From an uncultured virus (IMG/VR IMGVR_UViG_2660238316_000001) (taxonomy: Duplodnaviria; Heunggongvirae; Uroviricota; Caudoviricetes), in the IMG/VR virus record IMGVR_UViG_2660238316_000001, positions 1 through 64,000 of that record: a stretch of 64,000 nucleotides of DNA; one strand, 5' to 3'. Position numbers and translations under genes: made by a program. Within the stretch, counting starts at the first letter, position 1; the number at the start of each line of letters is the position of its first letter. Shown here one piece after another: positions 49,162 to 59,353 of the stretch. Below the pieces are notes generated by a model. It searched no databases, had not been told where the DNA came from, and was given only the letters and a program-made list of their open reading frames with translations.

Positions 49162-51402
49162 TTAAGCCCCCAATCCATCAATTGTCCACACAGCAACTCT
49201 ATAAGGGGCGGAGGTTATAGTGCTAGCCGAGGGGAATGAGTTAGCAGTCATTGCTGCTACATGCGCAACCCAAGTATTACCACTCCAGACGACGATATTA
49301 TCCCCCCATGGTATAGCTAAAGCCCCTACTGACACAGAGCCCGAACCAACGTTACTACCAAACCCTGCAACTCCCCATACCCCACCAAACTGGACTTCAC
49401 ATCGATAGTCTATTTTTCTGCCGATGAAGGGATTATCCAGCACTATTCGCTGTGATAATCCAAGGGTGGCGGGTGCGACTGCGGAACCACCCGGATAAAG
49501 ATATGTGAATTTTTGATGACTTTCGAGTGTAGCTATACGAGTTGATAACAATGTTATTTGAGTCGCTAGCTCCAGCGCATTTATTTGGCCTTCATTGAAT
49601 GCAGCGCCAGCAAGTTTAATTACCCAGCAAGTTGTGACACTAAGTACACGGTTTTCATCTGCGACGAGGAACCCAGGGGATTTCGATGCATCAAACAGTA
49701 AATCTTTTGCGCCTATTGTTTGAGCATTAGTTCCCGCCGCCTTGTTGGTTGTGCCTTTTACAAAAGCCCCACCTAAAGTAGATATATCTAATACTAACCC
49801 TGTAGAGGGTGAAAACTCAAAGGAGCCAGTGATATTCCTTGCCGCGTCCATTTGGAGTAACCCCACCGTCCCGGCAGATTTAACACCATCCCCTCGACCT
49901 ACTGTAGCCCCTAATGAACCTGAGTATTTACCGTTCTTATCTGGTACACGGAATGTTGTTGAACCATCCCCGCTAGAGAATTGACCTCGCTTTAAGGGAT
50001 CTCCCAACCAGGCGGCGTCCGTAATGACAGTCCGTTTAGCTTGTATTGCTGCCCATGCATCTGGGAATAGCGCACGACTTAATAGCTGCCCATCTTGTGG
50101 GGCTTCACCTGCCTCAATATGGTCACGAGTGTCTGTCTGATACGAATGAAGTAAAGGTAAACCGCCAGCTGGCTTTGCGTCTAACTGTTGCTTAGTGACT
50201 GCACCTTTCGGATCTGTGGCGTCACCGGCTAATATAAGGGGGCCGGTTAATGTGCCTCCTTTAATATCCAGCTTCACGGCCAACCCATCGGTCAGATCCT
50301 GATTGCTGGCTTTATCTGCAATGGCCTTATCAAACTCCGTCTGGCTGACTTTCTGATTAATCTGTTGTTCAAGCACTGACACATCGATGCTTTCTGCTGA
50401 TGCTTTCGCCCTGGCGGCGAACTGTTCCGCTTCATCCCTAAATCCCTTGGCGACAGTTTTATCTCCCGCGGCCGCTGTTGCAGAGTTTCCCGCGGCCTCG
50501 GCACCGGCCAAAGCCGATTGCTCACTCTGAGCGGCGGCGTTCTTGCTGCTTTCGCTTTCACTGGCGGATTGGGCGGCACTGTTCGCACTACCGGCAGCAG
50601 CAGAGGCTAATTGCCCCACTTCAGTATGCAGTCGGTTCACTTCACCGACCTGGGTATCAACCGCTAATTGTGCGGTTTCGGCACCTTCGCGAGCAGCTTC
50701 AGCCCGATCTGCATCCGTTTTCACTGCCAGCTTAATTTTAGTGGCGGTCTGTTCAACTGCGAGTGTTGATGCTTCGTCTGCTGCTGACTGGGCCTCATTT
50801 CTATACTGCAAAGTATTGGCTTCAGACAAAGCCGCAGCATTGGCGTTAGCAATAACAACACTCTCACTTTCAAACGCATGAATCGCTGATTTAGCGGCGG
50901 CAGCGGCACTGACACCAGACTCATCCCGGTAACTTTGTGCGACTGCCAACGCAGTGTCTAAATCCGCTGCATACTGTTTTGCTTCGTCACGATAATGGGC
51001 GGCGCTCTCTGCCGCATCTGTCGCACTGCTTTCTAAAACCGTAATAGTTGCCAGATCATTGGCTACCTGTTGCTGGATTTGTCGGAAGTACAGGATCACA
51101 TCAGGTGTAAGCTCTGACTCCATGATCTGCTGCTTCAGCAATTGATTAAGGGTGCTGGGGCCGGTGGTGTTATCCAGCGTGACTGCGCCATAGACAAAAC
51201 TACGGCCATTGACCGCCACCGTAATAGAGTAACTGCCCTCCTCTAACTGGAGACGATATGCGCCCACATTGTCGGTTCTAGCCGTGGCTGCAAAGGTATT
51301 TAGGACAGTCAGACTATTTGCTACCGCAGTCAGGGTGATTTGTGCATTGACCACCGGCTCACCCACCGGATTAATCATAATACCGGATACTGTTACGCTC
51401 AC
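49162..51402 (-). CDS. Tail fibre protein (Stf-like N-terminus)
   Basis: MSVTVSGIMINPVGEP, Ala/Ser-rich repeats, GDGSTTFRVPD collar motif. Confidence 0.9.
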   Translation of the reverse strand: MSVTVSGIMINPVGEPVVNAQITLTAVANSLTVLNTFAATARTDNVGAYRLQLEEGSYSITVAVNGRSFVYGAVTLDNTTGPSTLNQLLKQQIMESELTPDVILYFRQIQQQVANDLATITVLESSATDAAESAAHYRDEAKQYAADLDTALAVAQSYRDESGVSAAAAAKSAIHAFESESVVIANANAAALSEANTLQYRNEAQSAADEASTLAVEQTATKIKLAVKTDADRAEAAREGAETAQLAVDTQVGEVNRLHTEVGQLASAAAGSANSAAQSASESESSKNAAAQSEQSALAGAEAAGNSATAAAGDKTVAKGFRDEAEQFAARAKASAESIDVSVLEQQINQKVSQTEFDKAIADKASNQDLTDGLAVKLDIKGGTLTGPLILAGDATDPKGAVTKQQLDAKPAGGLPLLHSYQTDTRDHIEAGEAPQDGQLLSRALFPDAWAAIQAKRTVITDAAWLGDPLKRGQFSSGDGSTTFRVPDKNGKYSGSLGATVGRGDGVKSAGTVGLLQMDAARNITGSFEFSPSTGLVLDISTLGGAFVKGTTNKAAGTNAQTIGAKDLLFDASKSPGFLVADENRVLSVTTCWVIKLAGAAFNEGQINALELATQITLLSTRIATLESHQKFTYLYPGGSAVAPATLGLSQRIVLDNPFIGRKIDYRCEVQFGGVWGVAGFGSNVGSGSVSVGALAIPWGDNIVVWSGNTWVAHVAAMTANSFPSASTITSAPYRVAVWTIDGLGA

Positions 51403-52052
51403 TGTCCACCTCCCTGATACTGCGCTTCTTTCAATTGCTGGGCGAAACTCTCAGAGTTCTGTTTAACCCCCAACTGGTCGCTGAATGCCTGGTAATGCTG
51501 CATCGCTAAATTGAGATTAGCTCCGGCATCACCATCTTTGCTAAATGAACGAAACAGCATCCAATCCACCAACGGATTCACATAAAGCTCGTCAATCGGT
51601 ACCGGCGTTTTATCTGCCAGATCATGGATAGCAACCACAGTTGGAACTCTGGCAACGACCGCCTCGATATCCGTAGGCTGAGTGGCACCGGGAAACAGGT
51701 AATACACTTTGGGAGTTAATTCGTTATAGGTATAACGCTCAATTGAACCCGTCATCTGATGCCAGTCAGGATATTGGCTATCCAGAACATCGCGAGGTAC
51801 CGGCCTTAATGCCCTGCCGTCTACTAAACGAATCATCTCAATTAAACGGATCGCACCCTCCGGCAACCTCTGTCTGGTTCCCACTTCCGTGGTCATCACT
51901 TCAGTCGTAGCGCCCGCATCAGGTCGCGCCAGAATAACGGCCCGGATAGCATCATTGTAATAATCACATAGCTCCGCCAACGGCCAGCGTAGCCATGCAG
52001 TATCTTTGAGCTGGGTGTTAACCCGCCCAATAATCTCGGCAATGGTGATCAT
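51399..52052 (-). CDS. Head-tail adaptor (DUF6682-like)
   Basis: RW...EL..YYNDA......RPDA motif. Confidence 0.75.
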   Translation of the reverse strand: MITIAEIIGRVNTQLKDTAWLRWPLAELCDYYNDAIRAVILARPDAGATTEVMTTEVGTRQRLPEGAIRLIEMIRLVDGRALRPVPRDVLDSQYPDWHQMTGSIERYTYNELTPKVYYLFPGATQPTDIEAVVARVPTVVAIHDLADKTPVPIDELYVNPLVDWMLFRSFSKDGDAGANLNLAMQHYQAFSDQLGVKQNSESFAQQLKEAQYQGGGQ

Positions 52053-52648
52053 TAGAAGAACTCGTGTTTACGAACGGGGTTATTGAAGGCGGTGATCGGG
52101 GAGTTATCCAGTGCCTCACGGAATGCGCGACGGTAACCATCGACAAAGCGCACGCCAAAGTATTGTGAGCGCTGCGGATCAGTCCACGGTTTACCCGGCA
52201 TGATAAATAAATCTTCCAGCGCACCAATGGCGATCACATCAGCGTAATCATCTGCCAGTACATCCGGCACTTCAGTTACATCACGCTTGGGTTCAATGGC
52301 AAAATCCACAGTCACTTTGGTCAACGGCTGATTGAAAGTGATTTGATTGGCAGACTTGACGGTAAATTCAATGCCTGCCGTCAACATGACACCCGGTGCA
52401 CTGGCATTACTAAGCTGATTAGTGAGGTCCAATACCCGTAGACGCTTGACGCATTTCACCAGCTCACTGTCCGTCAGGATATAAGTCGTGCCCGGAGTAA
52501 CATCATTAAAAGTGACCGCGTCACGGCAGAGTAATGACTCACGACAAAAGGTGATCGCTGCTTCTAATGCGGCCTGTTTCATCATGATATCCAGCGGGCC
52601 GCTGATATGCTTTCGTATGGTTGGCAGAAATGCGTCAAGTGTCGCCAT
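52052..52648 (-). CDS. Head-tail adaptor-like protein
   Basis: AAITFCRES, MPGKPWTDP motifs. Confidence 0.65.
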   Translation of the reverse strand: MATLDAFLPTIRKHISGPLDIMMKQAALEAAITFCRESLLCRDAVTFNDVTPGTTYILTDSELVKCVKRLRVLDLTNQLSNASAPGVMLTAGIEFTVKSANQITFNQPLTKVTVDFAIEPKRDVTEVPDVLADDYADVIAIGALEDLFIMPGKPWTDPQRSQYFGVRFVDGYRRAFREALDNSPITAFNNPVRKHEFF

Positions 52649-52650
52649 GG

Positions 52651-53103
52651 TTATTCGGCCTCGGTGCTGGCGGCGCTCTTGGCCTGAATGGCTTCACGAA
52701 CACGCACGCGGAAATCATCTACCTTTTCCTGAGCACCCTGTTTGATATCCAGATCTTCAGATTCGACTAATGTCGCCAGTTGAACCGAGGTCAGTTTGGC
52801 AATATCAACCTCATCACCACCGATCTTCAGGACAAAACTATTTTTTGCGGCCTCAAGTTTGGCTTGTTCTATCAATTGCGCCGCTAATTCTGCATGTTCT
52901 TGCTCTGAGGCTTGTTGCAGATTGAGCGTACTTTCCAATTCATCGTGTCGAATAAATACTGTTGGAAAATCCAACAACTGATGGGCAATGGCACTTTCAA
53001 CATCGACCGGTTTATGGCGCGGGAAGACCAGGCGACTACCGGTAATGGTGTCACGTTTTTTTTCTTTTGGGCCGATATAGACCACTGCGATTTTATTAGG
53101 CAT
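52651..53103 (-). CDS. Hypothetical phage protein
   Basis: ATG 53103 with GGAG RBS; YIGPK..KRD motif. Confidence 0.7.
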   Translation of the reverse strand: MPNKIAVVYIGPKEKKRDTITGSRLVFPRHKPVDVESAIAHQLLDFPTVFIRHDELESTLNLQQASEQEHAELAAQLIEQAKLEAAKNSFVLKIGGDEVDIAKLTSVQLATLVESEDLDIKQGAQEKVDDFRVRVREAIQAKSAASTEAE

Positions 53104-53161
53104 GGGAAACTCCAGATTGCGGGTAGTAAAGTGGTTAATGACAAAGCTATTAGTCACTTAG

Positions 53162-53243
53162 TGAGTGAAGGGTTTACCGCACCTCGGGGCACTCCGACGG
53201 CTTACGCCGTTACGACCCCAACGGCACGATTCCCCTTCATTTA
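53162..53243. other. Multi-stem structured intergenic RNA element
   Basis: AGTGAAGGG/CCCTTCATT outer stem, GGGG/CCCC inner stem, ACGGC-TTAC-GCCGT hairpin. Confidence 0.55.
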
Positions 53244-53288
53244 ACTTTGTCAGCAGTTTCAAGCCCACCTAAGCAGGCTTGTGTGAAA

Positions 53289-53672
53289 TTAGTAACCGAC
53301 AGCCACGTACAGGATATTCACCACCAGTCGGCCATTTGCTGCACCACCGGCAATCACCGCAGTCACTTTCTCGTCTGCTGTTTGTGTGCTGTAAGGGACA
53401 ATGGGGACATTCTTCGCGACAGCGGCGGTATGGCTGGCGGCGGCCACTAATGTGGTGGTTCCGCTCTTAACCTCTACGGTGACACCCGCACCCAGCGCTT
53501 CACTCACTACACTCACACCATAAATTCGCATACCAATAGGCAATTCCAGAAACTCAATCACATCACCGACAGCAGCATCTTTCAAAATAATCTGCCCTTC
53601 TGCCAGCGACAGGTTTCCTTGTGGGCCTTGATATACCGCATCGCCAATAGAAGGCGCTTTAATAATTGTCAT
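53289..53672 (-). CDS. Probable capsid decoration protein
   Basis: 127 aa beta-rich ORF directly after capsid gene. Confidence 0.65.
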   Translation of the reverse strand: MTIIKAPSIGDAVYQGPQGNLSLAEGQIILKDAAVGDVIEFLELPIGMRIYGVSVVSEALGAGVTVEVKSGTTTLVAAASHTAAVAKNVPIVPYSTQTADEKVTAVIAGGAANGRLVVNILYVAVGY

Positions 53673-53732
53673 AACATTTTTCTCCAGACAAAAAGAAAGC
53701 AGACCGAAGCCTGCTTGTTGTATTACTGGGAT

Positions 53733-54956
53733 TTACTTGCCCAGAGTGACCGCTGAGTCCACTACCATGACGCCGTGGTCATTGACTCGGCCATCTTTCT
53801 GTTTGAAACGGATCTTCTTCAAACCGTTAATCCAGCGAATTGACACTTCAGTACCATTGCCATGGTCTACTTTCTCTTCGTTGTAACCGAAGAAACCGCC
53901 ACCATCGCCAGTACCGTAAGCGTTAGCCAGTGCCTGACCGCCCAGCAACATAGCGCGGTCAATGGTGGTACCGGTGGTGATAATCTTGGTGGATGCCGCC
54001 AAGTCATTATTGGATACCAGCACCTTAGAACCCGTATTAAAGCGAACAGGTGTACCGCCATATTTACGCACCAGTACGTTACGCCACATGGCGCATTCAC
54101 CTTTGAACAACGGGTGGTCGAAGCCCTTAGAACGCTGCACTGCTCGGGTCATCATTGCTTGCCAGTCTTTACCCGACGTGGAGGTATACCAGTCATTCCA
54201 CTGGCGCGGTGTCACGTACAGCACAAAGTACGGATCCTCATTAGCCAACTCATCTTTAGACATGCGGATCGGCTGTAACGGGTGAGCCATTTCATCAAGG
54301 AACAAGGCAATGTTATCGACAGTGGCCAGCGTGAACAGGTCCGCTGCATCCAATGTTTCCATTGAAGTTGCATCACCAGAATAGAAATGGCGATCATAGG
54401 TTGGCGGCAACACATCGTTAATCATGATCTTGCCAAACTCACCGTGATCAGCCAGCGGCACAATAGTGTCATCGGCCATGTAATCACCACGCGCCCCCGC
54501 CAGATGGAAAGTCGCAGACTGATCCTGCACATCGTTGAAGTAAGTTCCCAGCAAGGTGCGGGCGGTCTTGTTCAGGTTGTGCTTGAAGCGCTGCTCAGAC
54601 ATCTTGCCGCCAGCATCAACCAGGTGGCGGCCTTGGTTAATCTTCAGCGAGAAATCCGCGAATGCCAGATTTTCGCCGCGCCCCGCTAACTTCTCATCGC
54701 CCATAGTTGGACGCTTAGACAGTTTGTGCACGATCTGCATATCTACTTCATCACCCTTCTGCTTTTGCAGATCAGTGATACGAACAACCGGCGCATTGTG
54801 GCTGGTCTGGGTAGTACCTTTCTTATCAGGATTGACCGACTTCGGCGCTTCCTGTTGCTCGGTTAACACGTTAACAAATGAGCGGTTACGGTTTGCAGCC
54901 GTGAACAGCGCGACCTGCATCAGCTTATTCGCTTGGGCAGAGGTGATAGTCGTCAT
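53733..54956 (-). CDS. Major capsid protein (N4-gp56/DUF4043 family)
   Basis: PVVRITDLQKQKGDEV, HPLFKGE..MW motifs. Confidence 0.9.
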   Translation of the reverse strand: MTTITSAQANKLMQVALFTAANRNRSFVNVLTEQQEAPKSVNPDKKGTTQTSHNAPVVRITDLQKQKGDEVDMQIVHKLSKRPTMGDEKLAGRGENLAFADFSLKINQGRHLVDAGGKMSEQRFKHNLNKTARTLLGTYFNDVQDQSATFHLAGARGDYMADDTIVPLADHGEFGKIMINDVLPPTYDRHFYSGDATSMETLDAADLFTLATVDNIALFLDEMAHPLQPIRMSKDELANEDPYFVLYVTPRQWNDWYTSTSGKDWQAMMTRAVQRSKGFDHPLFKGECAMWRNVLVRKYGGTPVRFNTGSKVLVSNNDLAASTKIITTGTTIDRAMLLGGQALANAYGTGDGGGFFGYNEEKVDHGNGTEVSIRWINGLKKIRFKQKDGRVNDHGVMVVDSAVTLGK

Positions 54957-55015
54957 AGATACTCCATAAATAAAAAACCCGCCAAAGCGGGTTGAGGTTT
55001 AAGTCAATTGGATTA

Positions 55016-56083
55016 CTAGATTGCCTGGTCTAACAACGCCTCAATTTGGGCATCAGTCATCCCGGCAAACATTGCCTGTAACTGATCTGGAGAAGCGTTA
55101 GCAGCCTGCTCCAATGGCGAAGCTGTATGAGTCGTTGTTACACCGAGATCTGACGGTGAGCCAGGGACTTGAGTCGCCGCAGTTGCAGCGGCCAGTTTCT
55201 CGGCTGCAATCCGTTGCACATCTGCGTTGGTCTGCGTAGCCGCAGTGGTGGTGGTCGTAGCCTGCTCTTGTTGAACCGGTTCGACCGATTCACCGTAGGC
55301 AGCCTTGGTGCGTTTCGCTACTTCCGCAAAGCGCTCAGTTAAAGACTTGTCTTTCCATGCAGGGTCATTTTGCAGATTAGTATCAATGTGTACCGCCAGT
55401 GTGAAGCGGTCAGGGTCTTGATCCTGCCATGACTTCAAATCAGGTACGGCATTGATGGCATCTGCAACTGGATTACCACTCGGCTGATGGGTAGCTTGTG
55501 CTGGCTGGCCTTGTTGCAGGTAATCGATTTTCTGCACCACGGTGTCCAGCACTGCCGCCATCTCAGGAAAGTTTTCACGGATGAAATTGATTTGCTCAGG
55601 GGTAACCTGTGCTTTTTCAGGTAAGGGAACGGGCTGCATACCAGCAGAGTTGATTTGTCGCGTTAACGCTGCCAGTTGGCGTTTCGCTTCAGCTAACTCC
55701 GTTGCCGTTTGCTGATTGGTGCCTGCTAAGCGCTGTTTTTCTGTCCGCTCAGCCACCAGTACGTCATAAGGAATAACATGCTGACCGTCTTTGCTGAGAA
55801 TACCTTTTGGCTTCTCAGTACCTTCAGTTGTTGCAGTTTGCGTGGTTGCAGCCGTTTTAGTGATTGGCACTTCCGTGGTTTGTGCTGTACTCGCGCCCGG
55901 CGTCGGCTCGTCTTTCTTATCGCCCGTATTGACTACTGCATTGGTATCTTCAGTAACAGCAGCAACTGGGGTAGTCGTTACCGCTGCTGCCTGTGTTACA
56001 TCAGAAATATCCACATCACCAAAACCATCGATCAGTGCTTCCAACTCTTCTGGCGTTTCATTACCTGTTAATTCAATGTCCAC
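55016..56083 (-). CDS. Scaffolding protein
   Basis: Acidic, low-complexity; SKDGQHVIPYDVL; between portal and capsid. Confidence 0.75.
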   Translation of the reverse strand: MDIELTGNETPEELEALIDGFGDVDISDVTQAAAVTTTPVAAVTEDTNAVVNTGDKKDEPTPGASTAQTTEVPITKTAATTQTATTEGTEKPKGILSKDGQHVIPYDVLVAERTEKQRLAGTNQQTATELAEAKRQLAALTRQINSAGMQPVPLPEKAQVTPEQINFIRENFPEMAAVLDTVVQKIDYLQQGQPAQATHQPSGNPVADAINAVPDLKSWQDQDPDRFTLAVHIDTNLQNDPAWKDKSLTERFAEVAKRTKAAYGESVEPVQQEQATTTTTAATQTNADVQRIAAEKLAAATAATQVPGSPSDLGVTTTHTASPLEQAANASPDQLQAMFAGMTDAQIEALLDQAI

Positions 56084-56263
56084 GTTATGACTCCTGCATG
56101 ACTATTTACCGGATAGATCCGAATGAGAAAGGCGTATCGCTGCCCATGCGAATAAGCACCCTTGGGTAAGAGCGCTTAGCGGCATGCACCTTGATGGTAG
56201 AAAAAGAAAAGCCCACGAATTGTGGGCAAGTCATTCAGATGAAAATCAGAGATGCCAGAAAGC

Positions 56264-56349
56264 AAAAAGCCCCGCGGTTAGGCGAGGCTTAATTCAGTGC
56301 AATGTAGTGCATCTTTCGGAAATTTAGCGCGTATTCTTATAAAGTGCAA
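56264..56349 (-). promoter_or_regulatory. Late promoter-terminator module 2
   Basis: TTGCAC-17-TAAATT-TCCG-AAAGATGC followed by AAGCCTCGC/GCGGGGCTT hairpin and T-run. Confidence 0.8.
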
Positions 56350-56360
56350 TAGCTTGGTGA

Positions 56361-57200
56361 TTATCTGTATGTAGCTTTCGAACGTTCAAATTTGACATCT
56401 ATACAGTCATTGAATCCTAAAAATGTACTAATATCATAATTTGAAAATATATTTTTCGGTCCTAAAATTATTTTTTTAATTGGTTTTTTTGTTGAGAAAT
56501 TTAAGTTGAAATAAGAACTCAGAAAACCACCGCTTATTCTATGCTTTATTGGCCCCATAGCCATATTAGTTAATGTATTTGCATTCATGTTGTTAAATCC
56601 GAAAATCTTAGTGGTAAAAACTATTCTTTTTTCTTTTTCTTCCAAAAAAGCAGGGTTTTTAACTTTCGAAAATAGATAAGCCAAAGTATCTATTATTCTC
56701 ATATCATTTGTAATTCGTTCTTGTTGATCAGTTATTAACTCATTTTTTCTAAATCCAATATCAATTATTGTTTCAATTTCATTTTCTAACTGAGGTATAT
56801 CCATATATTCAACATCCATTAACTGAGGATATCTCCCACTATTATCAAGAGGGTTATTGCCCCGCCCCGCAATGACTAGTTCATCTTCATCAAATCCTAT
56901 AGATACTCCTTCACCATTTTGAGCGTATGCCCTCCATTGACTAAGTATATCTCCATCTTTTGAAAAGCAAGTCACATACTTAGGCATGTCATTATTATTT
57001 CTGTATAGAATATTTATATCATTAATCCAATCACTATTTTTTTCATTTATCACACGGTGAAGGACGTTATTAAAAGCATGAATGGCCCACCCTCCCTCAG
57101 TGAAATCATTCATATTATTAGTTGCCGAAAGCCACAAGCACTTACTTTTAATTATTTGCTGGAATGCATATGGGGAACAATAATGATAAATCATGGGCAT
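56361..57200 (-). CDS. DUF2971-family protein (AT-rich moron)
   Basis: IYHYC, MNDFTEG, CFS.DGDILSQWRAYA..G.GVSIGF, KNPAF.EEKE.R. Confidence 0.85.
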   Translation of the reverse strand: MPMIYHYCSPYAFQQIIKSKCLWLSATNNMNDFTEGGWAIHAFNNVLHRVINEKNSDWINDINILYRNNNDMPKYVTCFSKDGDILSQWRAYAQNGEGVSIGFDEDELVIAGRGNNPLDNSGRYPQLMDVEYMDIPQLENEIETIIDIGFRKNELITDQQERITNDMRIIDTLAYLFSKVKNPAFLEEKEKRIVFTTKIFGFNNMNANTLTNMAMGPIKHRISGGFLSSYFNLNFSTKKPIKKIILGPKNIFSNYDISTFLGFNDCIDVKFERSKATYR

Positions 57201-57226
57201 AGCTCATCTCCTTTTATTTATTATGA

Positions 57227-59353
57227 TTATAGGGGAATCGCATCTATCTGTCCTTGAATAGTCTGCATCATTTCTTCATGTAAAACGCCAATCTCTTCGG
57301 TCACATTCTGCATGTTTTGCAGCACCTGTCCCGTTTTCGCCTGAGTATAAGCATCATTGAAGCGCTGACCATTCGCTAATGTTGCCTCGCGTTCCGCTTG
57401 GGCATTAATACGTTGGGCTTCAGCCTCCAATTTTGCAACCTTACCGGCAATCTCACGCATTGCCAGCTCTTGCTGTTGCTGCTGTAACTGTTGTTCCTGC
57501 TGCGCCGCCTGCTGTTCTTCTGGTGTCATCTCATCCGGCGATTTTGGTGTACCCAATGCGCCACGGATCCGCTCAACAAATTCTTGTTTATTTGGCAGGT
57601 CTAACAGTTCTACCCACATATCCAACACGCTAACCTGAATCTGTTGAGGCAACCCGACAATAACTTCAGATAACCGCTGTGCCAATTGGGACTTATAGGC
57701 TGGTGTCTGTTGAATCGGTGCCAGAGCGATATGCGCACGTAGCCGGGATACATCGTTATTCATCCGGCCAGCCTCTTCGGCGGCATTCAATACCACCTCT
57801 TTGCGCTTGCGTGGATCATCACGATTAATCACTACCGGATAATTTCGGCGCTTGGTTAACTCTTCCAGCAAATAGCACAACAATAACTGGCCCACTTGTT
57901 GGCAAGCAAACTGATAGTTATCGTTGATCTCCGCCAAAGTAGTCGCACCCTGCTCTACCAAGTTACTGATCGCCACCCCACTGGATGCGTTGGAGTCTTG
58001 CCCGAGGAACGCGGAGTAAACCCCCAATCCGTCCTGAATCAACTTCATGGATTCCTGCATAACCTGAAACTGCTGCTGTGCAACTTGAAAGTCTTGCTGG
58101 ATGTTTAATGCATCTGCCGCTGTCGTCTTATTGGCACGGTTGGGATTTAGGTTAATCACCCCATCCGGGCGTTCAATTTCTTCGGCCAACTGTTTATCGG
58201 TCATGTTAGTCGCGTCCGCATCCTTAATCACTCGCTTGGCCTGCAATAGCCAGGTCAGTTTAATGCGGCGGAAATTCACTTCATCCTGTGCGGGAATGGC
58301 ACGGCAGGCCAAACCATACGGCGCTCCCGTTTTATCTTTGCGATAGCCCCAGAACGGAATCAGTGGAAACATACCTTGCGGCGCTGTACATGGGCGGTCA
58401 ATGATGAAATGAGGACCGACAAACCACGACTCACGGATCCGGCTGACACGAGCCATGGTGACCTGAACCCGGTCAGTGGCCACAGCCACAGCATGCATAA
58501 CGTTATTCTTGTCATATTCTACAACGCGGCCATTGCTTAATTGCAGGATTGGCAGGCGCTGGAAGGTCCGATAGTAGATAACCTGAAGCAATACGCGCTT
58601 ACGGTTGGATGATACCCATTCGGTGCTCTCACGGCTCCACGATTGATACTCTTCATAGGCGCTCATCAGATCCGATTCTTGCCCGGCCGCCAGTTCGGTA
58701 TCCACAAAGCCTTTCCACTCATTGAGGGAATAATCGATAATTTGCGATTTGTCGGGGAATGTCCCTTTCACCTCATCTACATCCAGCCAACGCTTACGCA
58801 TCAACCAACGGCAATCACTCAGATCCGCCTCGCGGCTGAACCAATCCCAGAACACCTCATTACGATGAACGGTAGACACTTTGAATTTATTATCGAATGG
58901 GTCACTGTTGCGGCGCACCTCAACCCATGATAGCCCGGCTTTAATTTGTTCAGCATAAGCATCGCTACGGGCCTTATTCAAACCACTTAGTCGGCAGGCA
59001 TCAGCAAACTCAGCATTGACTGCTTCGGCCATCACTTCCATTTCTTCGTTAGGATCATCAGCAATCACCATTAGATCGGTGCGGGTCTTAGCCTCCATGC
59101 CCAGCACGCCGTCAATAGTCGGAGCGATAAGGTTATGTTGCGTTAACGGTTGTCCGCGTTCTCGTAGCTTTGCTACCACCTCCGGTGCAAGCTGGTCACC
59201 ATCGTAATAGGCGCAGGCGGTGTTGGCATTAGTTCGCCAGTCTGGCTGATGGTCAATATCCGAAGAGATATCCATCAATCGCTCAAGCGTAAAGCGGTCA
59301 CGGTTTGCTGACTGAGATTGAGTAACCTCAGATTCATTAGTTGGGATATTCAT
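57227..59353 (-). CDS. Portal protein
   Basis: YYDGDQL...RGQP...NLIAPTIDGVLG, SGVAI motifs. Confidence 0.9.
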   Translation of the reverse strand: MNIPTNESEVTQSQSANRDRFTLERLMDISSDIDHQPDWRTNANTACAYYDGDQLAPEVVAKLRERGQPLTQHNLIAPTIDGVLGMEAKTRTDLMVIADDPNEEMEVMAEAVNAEFADACRLSGLNKARSDAYAEQIKAGLSWVEVRRNSDPFDNKFKVSTVHRNEVFWDWFSREADLSDCRWLMRKRWLDVDEVKGTFPDKSQIIDYSLNEWKGFVDTELAAGQESDLMSAYEEYQSWSRESTEWVSSNRKRVLLQVIYYRTFQRLPILQLSNGRVVEYDKNNVMHAVAVATDRVQVTMARVSRIRESWFVGPHFIIDRPCTAPQGMFPLIPFWGYRKDKTGAPYGLACRAIPAQDEVNFRRIKLTWLLQAKRVIKDADATNMTDKQLAEEIERPDGVINLNPNRANKTTAADALNIQQDFQVAQQQFQVMQESMKLIQDGLGVYSAFLGQDSNASSGVAISNLVEQGATTLAEINDNYQFACQQVGQLLLCYLLEELTKRRNYPVVINRDDPRKRKEVVLNAAEEAGRMNNDVSRLRAHIALAPIQQTPAYKSQLAQRLSEVIVGLPQQIQVSVLDMWVELLDLPNKQEFVERIRGALGTPKSPDEMTPEEQQAAQQEQQLQQQQQELAMREIAGKVAKLEAEAQRINAQAEREATLANGQRFNDAYTQAKTGQVLQNMQNVTEEIGVLHEEMMQTIQGQIDAIPL

